Below, piece after piece: positions 63,240 through 64,000 of a stretch of DNA of 64,000 nt (position 1 is its first letter; every line of letters begins with the position of its first letter). Origin of the DNA: Camelus dromedarius. Lineage: Eukaryota. The stretch is taken from NCBI RefSeq assembly GCF_036321535.1, contig NC_087436.1, forward strand, positions 112,408,001-112,472,000, in the 5' to 3' direction. Below the pieces are notes generated by a model, which saw only the letters and a list, made by a program, of their open reading frames with translations, was not told the DNA's origin and searched no databases. The translations under genes were made by a program, and so were the position numbers.

Positions 63240-63430
63240 AAGACCATCGTCCTGCTGGGAAGGATCACCAGCCTGGTCAAGCGCTGATTAGCTGGTGAGC
63301 TGTGGGCAACTGCCTAACTTCTCCAAGCCTGTGTCTCCGTCAGTAGAAAGGGGATGTTGAGAACCAGTATCTTTTACCACAAAGACTGAGGTGTAAAAAG
63401 AATACTCAGTGTAGTGCCTGGTGCAGTAGA
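63240..63430 (+). mobile_element. MIR SINE relic
   Basis: tagctggtgagctgtgggcaactgcctaacttctccaagcctgtgtctccgtcagtagaaagggg...agtgcctgg. Confidence 0.6.
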
Positions 63431-64000
63431 CAGGAACAAATACTATTTCCTTCCTTCTCTACCAAAAGTAGACACAGGAAGATGAAAATGTAAAACTAAC
63501 GTGACTCTTCATGCTTTGTTGATCTTGAGGTTAGAAATTTGGAGTTGACAGTTTTTCCTCTGTGTTGTTATGTCAACGTACGTCCGCTCGGGGTGGTCAC
63601 TCCCTGTAACGTTGCTGCAGAGCTCTCGCTCCAGCTGCCCAAGGGAGGTGTCTAGCATGCATCACGGTTCTAAATACATTTCATTCTGAAAAAGTTTTAA
63701 AATACTGAAATGGACAATAATACGTGAAACTTTATTTAACTATAAAGTAGGTGATTCAGCCATGGTATATAAAATATATAATTAATAACATGATAAAGGA
63801 TAACTTAAAAATTATTAGTCAATATACAGAACTGTATGTTGAAATTTTTTAAAGACTGAAGTCATGGAAGATTCTCTTCTAATGTAGTAAATGAACATAT
63901 ACTTAATATTTAGTAAGCTCTGATTAACACATGCATTCATTTTTAAAATGAGCCTTAGTTTTAATAAGAAAGATATCCTTCTAGTATAAATTGGAAGAAT

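Overview
Mammalian nuclear DNA, not prokaryotic. The repeat content (cetartiodactyl-type L1 3' ends, no recognisable Alu, B1/B2, Bov-A, PRE or Can-SINE) suggests a cetartiodactyl, probably a camelid; this is an inference. The only protein-coding gene I can support is the 5' part of TAPT1 on the + strand: coding exon 1 (39150-39354) in a CpG island, exon 2 (49821-49951) and exon 3 (62551-62669). All have GT-AG boundaries and join in one reading frame; the gene continues past the window. The upstream ~38 kb is mostly old repeats (L1, L2, MIR, MLT1/MLT2 LTRs, MER5) and microsatellites, and corresponds to where human has the divergent lncRNA TAPT1-AS1. Most ORFs in the track are chance, repeat-derived or GC-rich artefacts. 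I see no convincing novel multi-gene system. The best leads are: a tailless 5'-half tRNA-Cys retrocopy with 19-bp target-site duplications (TSDs); upstream in-frame and out-of-frame ATGs at the TAPT1 5' end; a candidate poison exon in intron 1; an L1-generated cluster of sense poly(A) signals in intron 2; and a diverged ~200-bp local duplication in intron 2. Repeat family names come from recalled consensus sequences and old-repeat boundaries are approximate.
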